Notes under the pieces: generated by a model
Databases searched by the model: none
Told to the model about the DNA's origin: nothing
What the model saw: only the letters and a program-made list of their open reading frames with translations
Shown here: positions 1 through 13,550 of the stretch, piece by piece
Position numbering within the stretch: the stretch's first letter is position 1
Layout of the letters: every line of letters starts with the position of its first letter
Made by a program: the position numbers and the translations under genes
NCBI RefSeq assembly: GCF_030684315.1
Contig: NC_081370.1
Location: forward strand, 36,660,728 to 36,724,727
Length of the DNA stretch: 64,000 bases
Source of the DNA: Stegostoma tigrinum
Lineage: Eukaryota
Direction: 5' to 3'

Positions 1-317
1 AGGACTTGATATGCTCAAGCCCTGGAGTTGGAAATGAACAACTGACACTGTGGTTCAGAGGCAAGTGTGCTGCTAAAGCCAGCTGATGGAGAATTATATT
101 GTCTAGCATTGGCTGCATATGCTTTGATGTCTGCTCAGGAGATCTCATTGCAACTAGTTCCTGCAGGATTCTGTAGGATCCACCATGGGTAAGTTACTCA
201 GGCTGTTTAACTTTGTACTCACCTGTTTAATGTGCTCCCATCGTTTAAACTACAAATTCATTGGATATGTACTCAGCTTAAATCAGGGGGCACTCTAATT
301 CAGTTATGGCTCTATCA

Positions 318-830
318 TCTCATTGAAGGCAGTTCAGAGAAGGTTATCCGGGATGATCCCTGGTATGGAGGGATTGTCTTGTGAGCAAAGGTTAAACAGC
401 TTGGGACTGTACTCACTGAAGTCTAGAAGAATGAGAGGTGATTTCATTGAGACATAGGATTCCTCGGGAGTTTGACCGGGTAGATGCTGAGAGGATGTTT
501 TCCTTCATGGGAGCGTCTAGCACCAGACAGCATAGGCTTTGAATAAAGGGGTGCCAATTTAAGACTGAGATAAGGAGGAATTTCTTCTCACAGACCAAAG
601 GACGTCTTTGGAGCTCTTGCCACTAAGACCTGTGGGGCAGATCCTTGTGTATATTTGAGGCTGACATGGATAGATTCTTGATCAGTAGGGGAATTGAGGG
701 TAATGGGGAAAAGTCAGGAAAGTGGATGTGAGGAATGTCAGATCAGTCATGGACCTAATGAACAGCTGAGCAGACTTGAGGGGCCGAATGGCCTATTCCT
801 GTTCCTATTTCTTATGATCTTATGGTCTTA
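318..830 (+). mobile_element. CR1 LINE 3' end (decayed)
   Basis: Typical CR1 ORF2 C-terminus (gaagaatgagaggtgatttcattga; aggaggaatttcttctc) and 3' UTR ending gggccgaatggcct...cttatgatcttatg. Confidence 0.8.
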
Positions 831-894
831 GTACTTGTAGAGGGGGTACCACAGGATTTCCAGAGATGTCAAAAGTAGGCAGTTTACAAGGAAA

Positions 895-1500
895 ACATAC
901 ATTTCTAACTCACTTTCACAATTTTAGCAAGTCTCCAAGCATTTCACAGCTAATTAAGTGCTTTTGAAGCATAGAAACCAGAAGAACTGTGGATGCTGGG
1001 AATCAGAAATAAAAACAGAGATTGCTGGAAAAGCTCAGCGGGTCTGGCAGCGCCTGTGGAGAGAAATCAAAGTTAACGCTTCGGGTCCAGTGACCCATCC
1101 ACACGACTTTTGAAGCATAGCCACTGTTGCAATGTAGAAAATGTTGCAGCCTATGTGTGCACAGCAAACTCTCACAAATAGTAGTGAGATGATGGTCAAA
1201 TCACATTTGTTTAATGATAATGGTTGAGGGATAAATATTGGCCCAGGTCACTGAGATAAACCAGGCACCCCTTGTCTGCCACATTGCTCTTCTTCCATGG
1301 TATCTTTTATATCCAATTAACAGGTCAGATGGAACCTCATTTTAACATCTCATCCGAAGATGATACGTCTGACAGAGCAGCATGCCCTCAATCCCTGCCC
1401 CTCCAACAATGCAGCACTTCCTCATTAAGGTTCCTCCGACGTACAGCTTTCCTTCATACTGACCCTCTGATAGTGCAATACGTGCTCAGCAATGACCCCC
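895..1500 (-). mobile_element. DeuSINE (SacSINE1-like), interrupted by a PLE fragment; degenerate 33-bp repeats at ~1370-1500
   Basis: Reverse complement of Deu domain (ggttgagggataaatattggc...ccatggtatctttta...tttaacatctcatccgaaga). Confidence 0.7.
975..1106 (-). mobile_element. 5'-truncated Penelope-like pLTR fragment with 14-bp TSD
   Basis: TSD cttttgaagcatag at 961-974 and 1107-1120. The insert is the PLE 3' end, truncated within a hammerhead-like motif (rc gggtcactggacccgaagcgttaac). Confidence 0.8.
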
Positions 1501-3039
1501 TACGCCAGACCATGTGAGGATGGCAGAGTTTATCTCTCTAAAGTGAGCTAGTGAACATTGCAACAAACAACATTTCATTAGCTTTTTAATTCTGGGTTTA
1601 TCAATATAATTCAAATTCCACCATCTGTCATGGAGCATTAACTTGGGTCTCTTGATTATAAGACTATGGCACAATCATTGTAATAACAGCTCCCCTTAAT
1701 TCACTTCTCTGTAATGTCTAGGAGTACTTTCTTATAAAGTGCTTGACAAACACAGATTTTCATTTTGAAATGATATAGTCCAAGTTGATTTATATTTGGA
1801 CACTAATTATGATATTCTGTGTGTTACTATGCTACTTTGTTGCCATTTCATTTTTGCTGGGACCACTTTAAAGATAAAATGAGGCCATATTAGGAAATAA
1901 TTTGGGAATCCGTGACTTAGAAGGACAAGGGCAGCAAAAGCATAGAAGCAGCATCTCTTGGCACCATCTCCTCCAAGCCACAAACCATCCTGATTTGGAA
2001 TAATACTGTCGTTCATTCACTCCCTGAGTCAAAATCCTGGAACTCCCCTCCTAACAGTACCATGGGTGTCCCTAGGCCCCAAAGACTGGAAGAGTCGAGG
2101 AGGGAACCATCATATGCAATTAGGGATGGGCAATAAATGCTGACCTTGCAAGCAATGCTGACATCAGAGATTTTTTAAAAATAGTGCACAGCAGTCTTCA
2201 GATTGCCTGCCTAACAATCAAACATTAATGACCTCATCAGTATCTGGTTGTCATGGAGAGCTGTAATGTACAGCTCATTCCTGAGAGCAGAAAAATGTCC
2301 TTAGTATTGTCATCAATTTCTTCACAAAAATTCTGAATTTCATTTGGTATGATTGATTAGCAGCCCTGCTTCAGGTACACCACAGGGTCAGCATTTTAAA
2401 GAAAATGTCCAATATACTCTTTCATTTGAAAAGTCTGATTCGATTCACCAAAAGCTCTTCAATATTTTTTGATGAACCTGGATTTTAAAGGCGGATTATG
2501 GTTTTAACATAGTCATGTCTCACTTGATTCGTCAGCTCTGAGCGATATTTAAAACGCAAGAAATCAGAAGCAAAAACAAACTCAACTTTAATCTTCAGTG
2601 TAAACATTAGTTTCTGCCTCAACCTCAATAATAGTACAAATGAATTGCACTTCATCACAACTGTATAAAAAAGATTCAACTACCCTTGCTTCTGAATCTT
2701 TTATCATTTAATCTTGTATCTCTGATTCCTCATCCTAAAGCAAAACAGCACCCAGTACATCAACCAGCACTTCATTGAGTTTTACAGGATATACCAAGAG
2801 AAAACATTTGAAAAAGAATTCAACAATAAAACTGTCAGGGTGATCACTCATTTGGATTGCTGCAAGTGTTTCCCAGGCTTGTATTGGGGCTGTGCTCATC
2901 TGAATCAAAGCACGAATTTCTTTCTTATTAGATAGATGTTAGCACATCTACTCAAAACAGTTAAAACATTACCATTTAGAAAAGAGAATGGTTTATTAAA
3001 ATATACCTAACAGGTAGCCTAATCTTTCCTCTAAGCACA

Positions 3040-3530
3040 GCAACAAAGCTCTTAGTACAGTAAATGTCCCAAGGTGAATCACAGGAGCAATTATCATTAT
3101 GACACTGGGCCATGAAAGGATTTTCAAGGACAAGGTAAATTTTAAGGAGCACGTTGAGATGAGCAAGACACAGACAGATGAAAAAGTTTAAGGAGTAACT
3201 TCCAGAATTGAGGAGCCAGATAGTATAGGCACCACCACCAACAGTGAAATGATTAACATCAAGGATGCAAGAGTTCAAAACTGGAGGAGCACAGAGACCT
3301 CAGAGGGAAACAGAGGAAACAGAGACAGGGAAGGGTAAGGCCTTGGAAGAACTTTTAAAGAAGAATGGGGAAATTTTGCATTGAGACGTATCTTAACCAG
3401 ATACAAATGTTGGGCAGTGAGCACCAAGATGATGGGTGAATGACCTTTGGTTTGAAATAGGAAATTGGTATGGCTTAGCTGAAGGTTGTAAAGTGTGGAA
3501 GATAGGAGATCAGCCAGGAAGGAATTGAGA
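3040..3530 (-). mobile_element. L2 LINE 3' remnant
   Basis: Resembles the reverse complement of the L2 3' end. Similar remnants at ~4150-4320(+), 29360-29630, 30790-30980 and 40385-40680. Confidence 0.55.
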
Positions 3531-4629
3531 TAATAGACTTTGAACAGTGAGACTTGCAGCGGATAGAACATAACACTTAACATGATACTTCAACAAACTT
3601 ATGATTCAGAAAACACTTTCAAACAGTGGACATTAAGATTGACCATCCAGAGTTCTACAAGTTCATGATTAAAACAGTAACCAAATCTTTCAGTGAAGAG
3701 AAGAGAGTATTTTTTGACATGTCAGTTAGAAATCTCTCTACATTGAGCTGGAGAGTCCCCTGATGCAAAGTGAAATAAAGTAGATTGCAGAGAAAGCAGA
3801 TTCTGAACAGCTGAACACTAGACATTTGACGTTCAATATTACAACAGCCATCAAAAACCTTTCTGCTAAAGCAGCACATAGTCTCAATAGATGTATGTTG
3901 TATTCCATACAAATGTGTTTGCATCAGATCTCTTTACTTAATGATAAAATGAAACCTCACTGAAATGTCTAATACACCATGCCATCTCTGTGTTTCTTCT
4001 GTTGGCATCTATTTCTTCATGGGATGAAGCCCTGTTTGGCTTTGAATTTGTTATTTGTTTCTCCATTATGTCAATATCCAAATACAACAACAGTTTTGGA
4101 TATCTGTAGCAAAAAAAGGATTCAAATTATTCACTTAAAATGTAAATGTGTAACTCTTTCTTTTCAATTAAGACATTCCTTAAAACCTAGTTCTTTGATC
4201 AAGCTTTTAGTCACTTGTCCTAGTGCCTCTTACATGGCTTGGTATCAAATTCTGTTTGATAATATTTCTGTAAAGCACCTTGGGACGTTTTATTATGCTA
4301 AATATGCCATATAAATGTAATTATTTTGTTTAGGCTGATTAATTTATGTTAAGTAACAGAATAAAGTCAACGGGTGAGTCTGGAAACTCCAGCGACTGAA
4401 GATTAATTACTAGGTCACTGTTGTGTAGAAAAACCCCCAAGATAGGTCATAGAGAAGGCAAGCAACATTGTATGTGTTTTTAAATTTCCTTTGAAGGCAT
4501 CTGTGTTACTAGTTTTAAAAATATCAGAGATGGGGAAAAAGCATAGCTGTGCTACAGTTATGAAATATTCATTTGGGTGTTGAAGATTCTTGGCTAGTAG
4601 AGGGGAGACCGTTTGGATAAATGATATTC

Positions 4630-6330
4630 AGGATTTGCACCGTCAGGAAGGAGAGATCAGACTGGAGTAAGATACTACCTGAGCGAATATATAGTTCAAG
4701 GACTTTGGGGGCAACATGGGAGTAGGAGTGGTGATGTTTTCTTTCCTTTCTCTATTTTAAAAGTTTAGAATTCAGTAATCTAGTTGAAAGGTTAATGAAG
4801 TAGCTGACTTGGCTGACTGAGGGGCAGTTATCTGCCTGCAATCTGAAGACTAGATAAGGATGCAGGAAGTGCCGATTTCTATTAAAGTTTAATAGTGTGA
4901 GTCATCTCAGGCTCACCTCAGCTTTATTTAAGAGCGGGCTTGTTGAAAATGCACAATCAGTAAGCTTTGCACACCTAGGAAGGAGAGATCAGATCCAAGT
5001 TACACAGCCCGAGTGAGTATATATTTTGGGGACTTTGGAGGAAGCATGAGAATTCGTTGCAAAGGAAGAGAGATGCATTTTGTTTGCTTTTCTGGCTCAG
5101 AGTTTGTAAGTTTTTGTTAAGGCTAATTGAAGCCCAGGGTCAAAGATCCCAGCACAAAAGAAAGAGTGACATCACAGGAAAAATGCAAGTTCATTGGTTG
5201 GCAATGGCTGCTTATTTATCTATTATAGGTTACTTTGAGATTGAAGGGAAATAGGACAAATATGTACAGATTACACACCAACACACCACTAAAAAATTAA
5301 ATTAAAAATTGAGAACTAAGTAAACAAAAATAGAGATGCAGGGCCAGGCAGTGTGCTGTGCCTGCATGATAGGTGTGGTCCACAGAACACAACCTGGGTT
5401 TCTGGATTAATAATCTACCAATAATGCCACTAGGACATTGGCTCCCCTTTAAAATAACTTACAGTGACCATATTTGTAACAAGTGTTGGTTGCTTGAGGA
5501 ACTTCGGCTCAGAGTTGATGAGTTGGAGCCTGAGTTTTGAATGCTGTGACACGTGGTGTGGGGGGTGTTATCTGGATGCTGTGTTTCAGGAGATAGTCAC
5601 ACCTTTTTGATTAACCACCTCAAATTCAGTCAATGGTGATGGATGGGAGAGCATGACTAATAACAAAGCAGGTAGAGGGATCCAGAATGTAGTACTAAAG
5701 GAGCCTCAGCCCTTGAGCTTCTCTAACAGGCTTGAGATTCTTGCTGTCTGTGTGGATGAGCATGGAGGTTGTAGGGAGGATGAACAAACTAACCATAGCG
5801 TCATGGTACAGTGAGCTATTCAAGAATGAGGGAGATAAGAGAAATGTAGTTGTAATTGGGGATATAGTGTATTCAGGAGAGTAGATGCTGTCCTCTGTTG
5901 CCAGGATCGAGACTCCTGAAGATTATGCTGCCTGTCTGGTGCATGGGTTCAGGATGTCTCATCTGGGCTGTACAGGAACTTGAGGTGGGAGGGGAAAGAT
6001 CCAGTTGTCGTAGTCCACGTAGTGCCAACACTGTAAATAGAAAGAGGAAAGGGAATATGTGCAGCTAGGGGCTGAATTAAAAAGCAGAATCAAAAAGTTA
6101 ATAATCTCTGGATTACTACCTGAGCCTAGGATAATTGGCATTGGGTCAAAGATTGGTGTGGGAGAAATGGTTCAAAATCATGGGATATTGGTGTCAGTAC
6201 TGGGGAAGAAGAGAGCTATTCCGATGGGACAAGCTCCAACTGAATCATGCTGGGATCACAGTCCTGGAGAATCGCATAGCTAGGGCTGTGGGTAGGGCTT
6301 TAAACAAAATAGTAGTGGAGTTGGTTTCAG
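4630..6330 (+). mobile_element. CR1 LINE 5' UTR and decayed ORF1 (Zn-finger/coiled-coil plus SGNH esterase)
   Basis: Remnants C..C, ICNKCWLLEELRLRVDELE, VVVIGD, CLSGA and VVVHV are typical of CR1 ORF1. Stops and frameshifts present. SINE head fragment inserted at ~5380-5450. Confidence 0.7.
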
Positions 6331-7429
6331 TTGCATGGAAGATTATGGAAAATGATCAAAGATGGGGGAAGGTTCAGCAGAGATTGACTCCCTACCCCAC
6401 AGCCTATGCCACCATCAACTAGACACAAGTCAGGAATGTTTAGGAATACTTCACACTTCCCTGGACGGGTTTGGCTCCAACAACACTTGAGTAGCTTGAC
6501 ACCTTCGGGGACAGAGCAGCAACCCCTCCCTCCCCCATCCCAGCCCACGCTCAGTCGTCACCTCATCCCCCACCTTCAACATTCACTCTCTCCACCCCCG
6601 ATGCACAGCAGCAGCAGTGTGTACCATCCACAAAACACACTGCAGCGACTCGCCAAGGCTCCTCCAACTGACAACACCTTCTAAACATGCCACCTCAATC
6701 TCTCCTGGAAGGATGAGGGGCAGGGTCTAGACCCACTGGAGGGTGCATGCTTCTCACTCCTTGCATTAAGCTCTGAACTAATCGGTTAGACATTTGTGTT
6801 TTATTTAGGGAGTACATATGAATAATGTCAGCAATCCTCGCTCTCCTGCTCAAACCAGTTTGTGGTGTTCCGGGTGGTCATCACTCTTTACTGTTCAGTC
6901 TCTACGCTAGCTTCCTGTAATTTGTTCTATTTTAAGAAAAAAGAAAATACTGATTAATAAAAAGATTTTGTACACTTCAGTCACCTCTTATTAGGACTTA
7001 CAATTGCCACTCATAACCCTTGTATCCATCCATTCTCAATCTGAGGGATCATATTCCAATACTATGGAAATACTATATTGGGGCCTGGTGGCACATGAAA
7101 TTTCCTAAAACTAAGTTCTGATAATCACTAAATACTCATCTGGGCTTCCCCCACACTAAGGAAGTCTGAGCAGACAGAGGCTGAGGAGCAATTTTTGGTA
7201 TGGCAAGAGTGAAGTATGAGAAGAGATTAGCTCAATCAGGATGGACTAGGTTGCAGACTAAGTGCAGATAAATGGGATTGGTGGTTGACATAGACATGAT
7301 GGGGTGACAGGCTTGTTTCTATGCTACACAGCTCTATATATCTGAGAACAAGTAATAGGGAAGGGAGTATGGAAAGGATCAGGAACCTAACTTCAGGAAC
7401 AGCAGATAAGGAGTCAACTATGAGACGGA

Positions 7430-8640
7430 GGAATGCTCAGGACAAGATTGAGGGTACTTTACTTAAATACACACAGTAAATGAAACTAGGTAAATGAGTT
7501 TGTAATGCAGACTAAAATTGGCGAGTACAATGTTGTGGTTATTGCATAGATGTGGCTGCAAGGGGATCACGGCTGGGGACTAAACATCCAAGGATATATA
7601 TTCTAACGAAAGGGCAGGCAAATTGGCAGAGAAGGCAGGGTTGTCTTGCGAGCACAGAAAGTAATTTAATTGATAGCATAATGTGATATAGGGTCAGAAA
7701 GGGTAGAATCGGTGTGGGTAGAGTTGAGGAACCGCAAAGGGAAAAAGACCCTGATGGGAGCTGTGTACAGGCCTCCTAGCAGTAGTCAGAATGTGAGAAA
7801 GAAAATAAATCAGGAGATGGGAAAGGCATGTAAGAAAGGCACTACTACAATCATCATAGGAGACTTTAATGTGCAGGTGGACTGGGAAAATCAGTTTAGT
7901 ACTGGATCTCAAGGAAAGGGAATTCAAAGAACATCTACAAGATGGTCTTTGGAGTAGCTTGTGGTACACTCCACTGGGGAACAGGCTGTTCTGGATTTGG
8001 TGATGTGTTATGAGGCAGACTTGATTCGGGAACTTGGGGTGAAGGAACCTCTCGGGGGCAGTGACCATAATATGATAGAATTCAACATTCAGTCTGAGAA
8101 GGAGAAGCTAGAAGCAAATGTATTATAATTGAGTAAAGATAACTATAAAGATTTGAGGGAGGAGCTGGCCAGAGCTGATTAGAAGGGGAGCCTTGCAGGG
8201 AAGATGCTGGAGCAGCAATATCAGGAGTATCTGAGGGTAATGGGGGAAGCACTGCAAAATTTCACCCAAGGAAGAATAAACATACTAAGAGGCAGACGAG
8301 GCAATGGAAAAAGCATACAACGTGGTTTGGGAAGCCTTTAAAAACTAGCAGAGATCAACTAAAAAAGCAACAACATGGAAAAAGATGAAATATGAGGGTA
8401 AGCCAGCTTGTAATAACAAAGAAGTTTGCAAGAGTATTTTTAAATATATTAAAGGTAAGAGAAAGGCAAAAGTGGATACGGGATGATGGAGAATCAGGCT
8501 GGAGAAGCAGTAATGTGGAATAAGGAAATGGTGGAGGAACTGAACAGATACCTTACATCAGTTTTCATGGTGGAAGACAGGGGAAGAGTTAGGGCAGAGG
8601 TGAGTCTGGTGGCCATCACAAAGGACATGTTGCTGGGTTT
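7430..8640 (+). mobile_element. CR1 ORF2 APE-endonuclease region (decayed)
   Basis: VWVELRNRKGKKTLMGAVYRPP...IIIGDFN and LGGSDHN motifs. Confidence 0.85.
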
Positions 8641-9949
8641 GAGAGTTGTAGTGATCTGAAAAGGTTAAACAGGATGGGGCTCTTTTCTCCAGAGTTTTGT
8701 GGGTGAATGTTTCTCAGATACATTAAGGGAAAGTAAGAGAAGTACACGCATGATCTATTAACAAGTTGTGAATATTAATTGTTGTGAATGTTGTACTTCT
8801 TTTTGATATGAAGCAAACAATGTCATAACCAATAATTGGGCAGTGTGCCAGGAGATTGGGGTCCTTTGAATGACTACAGTGAGATGGTTACATTCCTCAT
8901 GTGTAACCAGAATGTGAACTACACTGCAGAAATGAATGGAGAATCCATCTAGTGTGGCTGTTCTTGACAGATGCATTTGAAGTGGGATTTGAACTTGACT
9001 TTTGTCAGAAAATTGCTACTGCCAAGGCATGTTGACATTGTCTCCAGGGAATAAAATGATGCAGCTGAGTAGCTATAACACAGACAGACTGATCTCCTTT
9101 ATGGCCTGGGTATTGACAGAGGTGCTTTATTCAGGTGGAGTTTTGGAGGAAGGGAGAGCAGATTCTGATTTTTTTATGATGGGAGCCTCACTCATATTTC
9201 CCTGAGTGGGGCAAAGGTCTGTAACCTACAACTCTAATATTTCAGCTGTGATAGCAGACTGTTTCCAGTTCAGTCACATGAGGAGTAACACTTAAAACTA
9301 TTGTATCAAAAGAAGAAAGAGTTGTATATTTCTTTAGTTGTGGGAGAAAAAGCTGCTCATTTTGCTGCAGTTATAGCTTCAAATGGATATTTTAATGAAA
9401 ATCAGTGCTCGAAATAAACTCATTTCAATGGTACAGTGGGACTATGATTATAGATAATATCTTAGATTTAAGGGCAAGTTTTATGATTGTATCCATTATT
9501 ATTTCTCATATACCTGATACGATTCATTACTCTGATTGTGCTACTAGAACTTAGGTTATAAAATCAATAACTCAAAAATTACCTCTCTTAGGACTTAAAG
9601 ATAAATGTTTTGGGAGCCACTTTGAGCAAAATTCCGAAGAATCATCAGACCTTGAATGTTTGCATTTATTGTTGCAAATTGAGAGATGCAGGGGTGGATG
9701 GGTGGGGGTGGAGATGCAAATAGGGCAGGTTGACCAGGCAGGCAGTAATGGATATGAGAGGTCAAGTGATGAAGCTTCTAGGGAACCATCCAATTGGAAT
9801 TGGCCATCCTTGCTCTGATCCATGGCTGTCCAAAAACCCGGAGCACGAATGGAGCCCTGGATAGGTAGCCATGTATTTATACAATGTCTTTCAAGACTTC
9901 AGAAGGCAGATGGAGCCTAGATTTGGCATCTCATCTGAACAGCAGCACC

Positions 9950-10400
9950 TGCAACTTCAGCACTCCAATATTACTAACCCCCTGACAATATACATCCCTT
10001 TCAATACATCCCTTTTAACAATGCAACACGCCCTCAGTACTGTCCCTCTGACAGTGTGACACTCCCTCAGTACTATCCCTCTGACAGTGTGACGCTCCCT
10101 CAGTACTGCCCCTCTGACAGTGTGACACTCCCTCAGTACTGTCCCTCTGACAGTGTGACGCTCCCTCAGTACTATCCCTCTGACAGTGTGACGCTCCCTC
10201 AGTACTGCCCCTCTGACAGTGTGACACTCCCTCAGTACTGTCCCTCTGACAGTGTGACGCTCCCTCAGTACTGCCCCTCTGACAATGCTGCACTCCATCT
10301 GTACTGTCCTTCAGACTGTGCGGCACTCCCTCCCTCTGCCCCTCTGATAGTTTGGTACTCCCTTAGTACTGTCCCTCTGACAGTGCAGTAGTTCCTCTAT
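9950..10400. repeat. 33-bp minisatellite derived from a DeuSINE segment
   Basis: Unit cagtactgtccctctgacagtgtgacactccct; 7 near-perfect units at 10035-10265 with degenerate flanking units. Confidence 0.95.
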
Positions 10401-11084
10401 ATGCACTGGGATTTAAGTATGTCAAGTTCATGCCAGCTCTCTACACTCCTGCCTTTTCCCATATCCCTACAGTTTGTTTCTGTTTAGATAATTTCCTTTT
10501 GAAATCACAATTGAATCAGGAAGTGCTTCTCAGACTGTAAACACTTGCTACGTAAGAATGTATTTCTTCACTTTGCCTTTGGATGTTTTGCCATTTTCCT
10601 TAAAATGCCATCCACTAGTTCTTGATCCTTCCACCTACAGCAACACTCTGGTTCCTCCGATATTTACTCTGGCAAGACACCTTACAATTTTGACACCACT
10701 ATCAAATCTCCTGTCTGCCTTCTCCTCTCCAAGGAGAAAAAACCCAGCTTCTTCAATATATCTGCATGACTGAAGTCTCCATCGCTGGGACTATTCTCAC
10801 AAATCATTTCTGCAGCCTCTCCAATGGTTTCTCATCCTTCATAAAGTGTGGTGCACAGTTGAGGATGAGTTAGTGTTGTACAAACATTCATCGTAATTTG
10901 TAATTTATGTCTCTCTCTAAAGCCTCCACTTTTGAGGAACGTAGGAGCACAAGTAGGCCATTTGGTCCATCAATACTGCTTCACCTTCAGTGGGATTACA
11001 GGTTGACCTGGTTGTGGTTCCAGCTCCAGCTTTTTCTATGAATCCAAAAGCCTTGACTCCCTTTTCTAGTGACCTATAGGCCTC

Positions 11085-11232
11085 CCACTCTCTCCCTATT
11101 TATTTCAGAACCTCCTGCCCCTCCCCTATTTCTGAAGACGGGTCTAGGCCCGAAACATCAGCTTTCCTGCTCCTCTGCTCCTCTAATGCTGCTTGGCCTG
11201 CTGTGCTCATCCACCCCTACACCTTGTTATCT
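11085..11232 (+). mobile_element. PLE pLTR fragment with hammerhead-like motif
   Basis: ctgaagacgggtctaggcccgaaacatc followed by the family 3' sequence, ending at the tail-less point ccttgttatctc. Confidence 0.8.
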
Positions 11233-12228
11233 CACCTGTATCAGCCTGCCTGGCTGAAAGCAAAGCAAATAATTACTGGTCAGATTTTTCCATTTGTTTG
11301 ACAGCTTTAAATCTAGTGTTTGCTTTTAGCATCCATCTAGCTCTCACAGAAAATTCTGTTCATTCATCAATAACAATAAGTAGCTGAATTGGAGTATTTT
11401 GGGCCAATCAGTGCTGGACTTTTGCTGAGGCACCAAAGGTTTTGTTAAACAGCTGGATAGCTGCTAAGACTGGCAATGAGTTTTTAAGGAAGTCCTGCCA
11501 AACTTAATGTTAACCTGACGTTAGTAAAGTTACTGCTGAGCTTTGCCTGGAATGAAGAGGGCAGGGACAGCTGCCTAATAATCAAATGGGCAGGAGCTCT
11601 TCAATTAGGCAGCACCATAAAATGTGACTTTGCTGTTGTATGTAAGGCGCCAAGGATGGCAGGGGACCAAGGTGTAAAGTAAATGATTTGTTGGTACAGG
11701 AGGGGCTTTCTAGGTATGGGGCTCGTGGGGAGAGGATGTCAGGAATTCAGAAGCAAGCACAGAGATGTGACGCTTAGTGGATTTTAAGACTGAGCTAGAT
11801 AGGTTCTCGATTACCAACGAGATCAAGGGTCATGGGGAGAAAGCTGAAGAATGGGTTGGGGAACTTATCAGCCATTTTTGAATGGTGGAGCAGACTCGAT
11901 GGGCTGAATGGCCTAATTTCTGCTCCTATGTCTTATGGTCTTACGGATATTCCTCAGTTCCTCGATCTGGCACCAAATGCCTTTGACGGAGGGGCCTGTA
12001 CTAGCCCCTTCCCAATTCAGCTGACAGGTTTTTCCAGTCAGGCATGTGTAACAGCAACAGGCCCACTTGCAGATATTCCCAGTGGTGTCAGAGTAAGGCC
12101 TATGTGTTGTCCTTATGTAGCCATTTAAGGACCTCAGTTGGCGATTGCCAGGAATGCCCTCACTACCTGATGTCAGTGCTGATGGACCGGGGAAGACTTT
12201 GGTTATAACATCATCCTCCTTAATTACT

Positions 12229-12458
12229 GGAACAAAAACAGAAGTTGCTGGAAAAGCTCAGCAGGTCTGGCAGCATCTGTGAAGAAAAAAATCAGTGTTA
12301 ATGTTTTGGGCCCAGCGACCCTTCCTCGGAACTAGACACTGTTTTGGATTCAAAGCGTCAACTCTGATTTTTTTTTCTTCCTAAATGCTGCCAGGCCTGC
12401 TGAGCTTTTCCAGCTACATCTGTTTTTGTTCCTGATTTACAGCATCCGCAGTTCTTTC
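12229..12458. mobile_element. PLE-derived mini fold-back element
   Basis: Inverted arms ggaacaaaaacaga...gttaatg and gtcaactctg...tgtttttgttcc, with a ~27-nt tail on the right. Degenerate hammerhead in the left arm (rc of ~12296-12333). TSD degenerate. Confidence 0.75.
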
Positions 12459-12710
12459 CGTCCTCCCTGACTGCATGGCTATCCTACCACCAAACCCACC
12501 ACTGCCAGGAGTACAAGGTTGTACCATGTCTTCATAATCAGAGCTGAACTTAAACTAATTCCAACACTTGCTCACTGAAACACAGCAAAGATCAGAAATT
12601 GGACACCAGTGTCCCATTAAATTTTAGTGTTTGCTGCCCAAACTTCAAATTTTAAATGCACTTAAAAAGGGAAGCAGGAAATATTGGCAGATCAGCTTTG
12701 TGATAATTAC

Positions 12711-12825
12711 CCTGACACTGAGTTCCACGTTCTCCCCTCCATAGATCTCCATGCCTTCATCCAGTAAGCCAATCTCCTCAAAGTATAGTCTGTCTACCAC
12801 AAAACATCCAATCAGTGCAGGGCTT
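12711..12825 (-). CDS. GALNT18: GALNT18-like coding exon (probable exon 6), Gal/GalNAc-T motif
   Basis: gttttgtag|A AGC...GTC AGG|gtaatt; 115 nt. SPALIGCFVVDRLYFEEIGLLDEGMEIYGGENVELSVR; Tyr replaces Trp in the WGGEN motif, diagnostic of the Y subfamily. Confidence 0.95.
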
Positions 12826-13139
12826 CTACAAAACACACAAAGAAGGAAACAAAGCTGTGTTTAGATTCTCCTGCTGAAGATTTAAGATTATAAAATTTGT
12901 GCTGAGGTCTGACCAGCTCCTGGTCAAATGAACAAGAAAAAATTGAACATTTTTCATTTCATAAACATGTTGCAGATGTAGGTAAATCCAACATCAAATT
13001 CAGATTTGTAACATATTCAATATGCGCAGAGATGTTGTTCATAAGATTGTCATTTTGTCATCGACAATACAGCCAAAATAAGCAGGTGCCAAGTTGAAGC
13101 ATGTAATTTTCAAATCGCACAGTGTTCAGATCAGACACA

Positions 13140-13550
13140 ACTGACAATGAATCCAACACTTTGACTGGGAAATGATAAGTAACTTTCACATGTTATAATT
13201 GCCAGGTAATGACCACTTCCAACAAGGCAGAATCTAACCACCCCTCCGTGCTGTTCAGTGGAATTACCATCACTGAAGTGTCTGACATCAACATTCTGGG
13301 TGTTACCAATGACCAGCTCTATAAATGCTGTGGCTACAAGTGCAGGTCAGAGACAGGGAATTCTGCGGTAAGTAACTCACCTCCAGTCTTTCCAAAGATT
13401 GTCATCCATCTACAAGGCACAAGACATGAGGGTGATCGAATATTCTCCACTTTCCTGGATTCATGCAGTTCAAACAACATTCAAGAAGCTTGACATTATC
13501 CAGGACAATACAGACCATTTGAACAACATCCCATCCAGTACCCCAACACT
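13140..13550 (+). mobile_element. LINE RT fragment (CR1/L2-group, YKAQVRS..EY type)
   Basis: catctacaaggcacaag...gaatattctccacttt...aagcttgacattatccaggaca; same family as 25936-26520 and 35200-35400. Confidence 0.65.

Noticed and set aside
9957-10391. CRISPR array or repeat protein (also 49461-50153)
   Set aside because: Head-to-tail 33-bp units with no unique spacers, in eukaryotic DNA and derived from a SINE; the ORFs arise because 33 is divisible by 3.
1-12710. Next GALNT18 exon (VWQCGGS...WMD)
   Set aside because: No matching minus-strand sequence found by eye; probably beyond position 1. A tblastn search would settle it.
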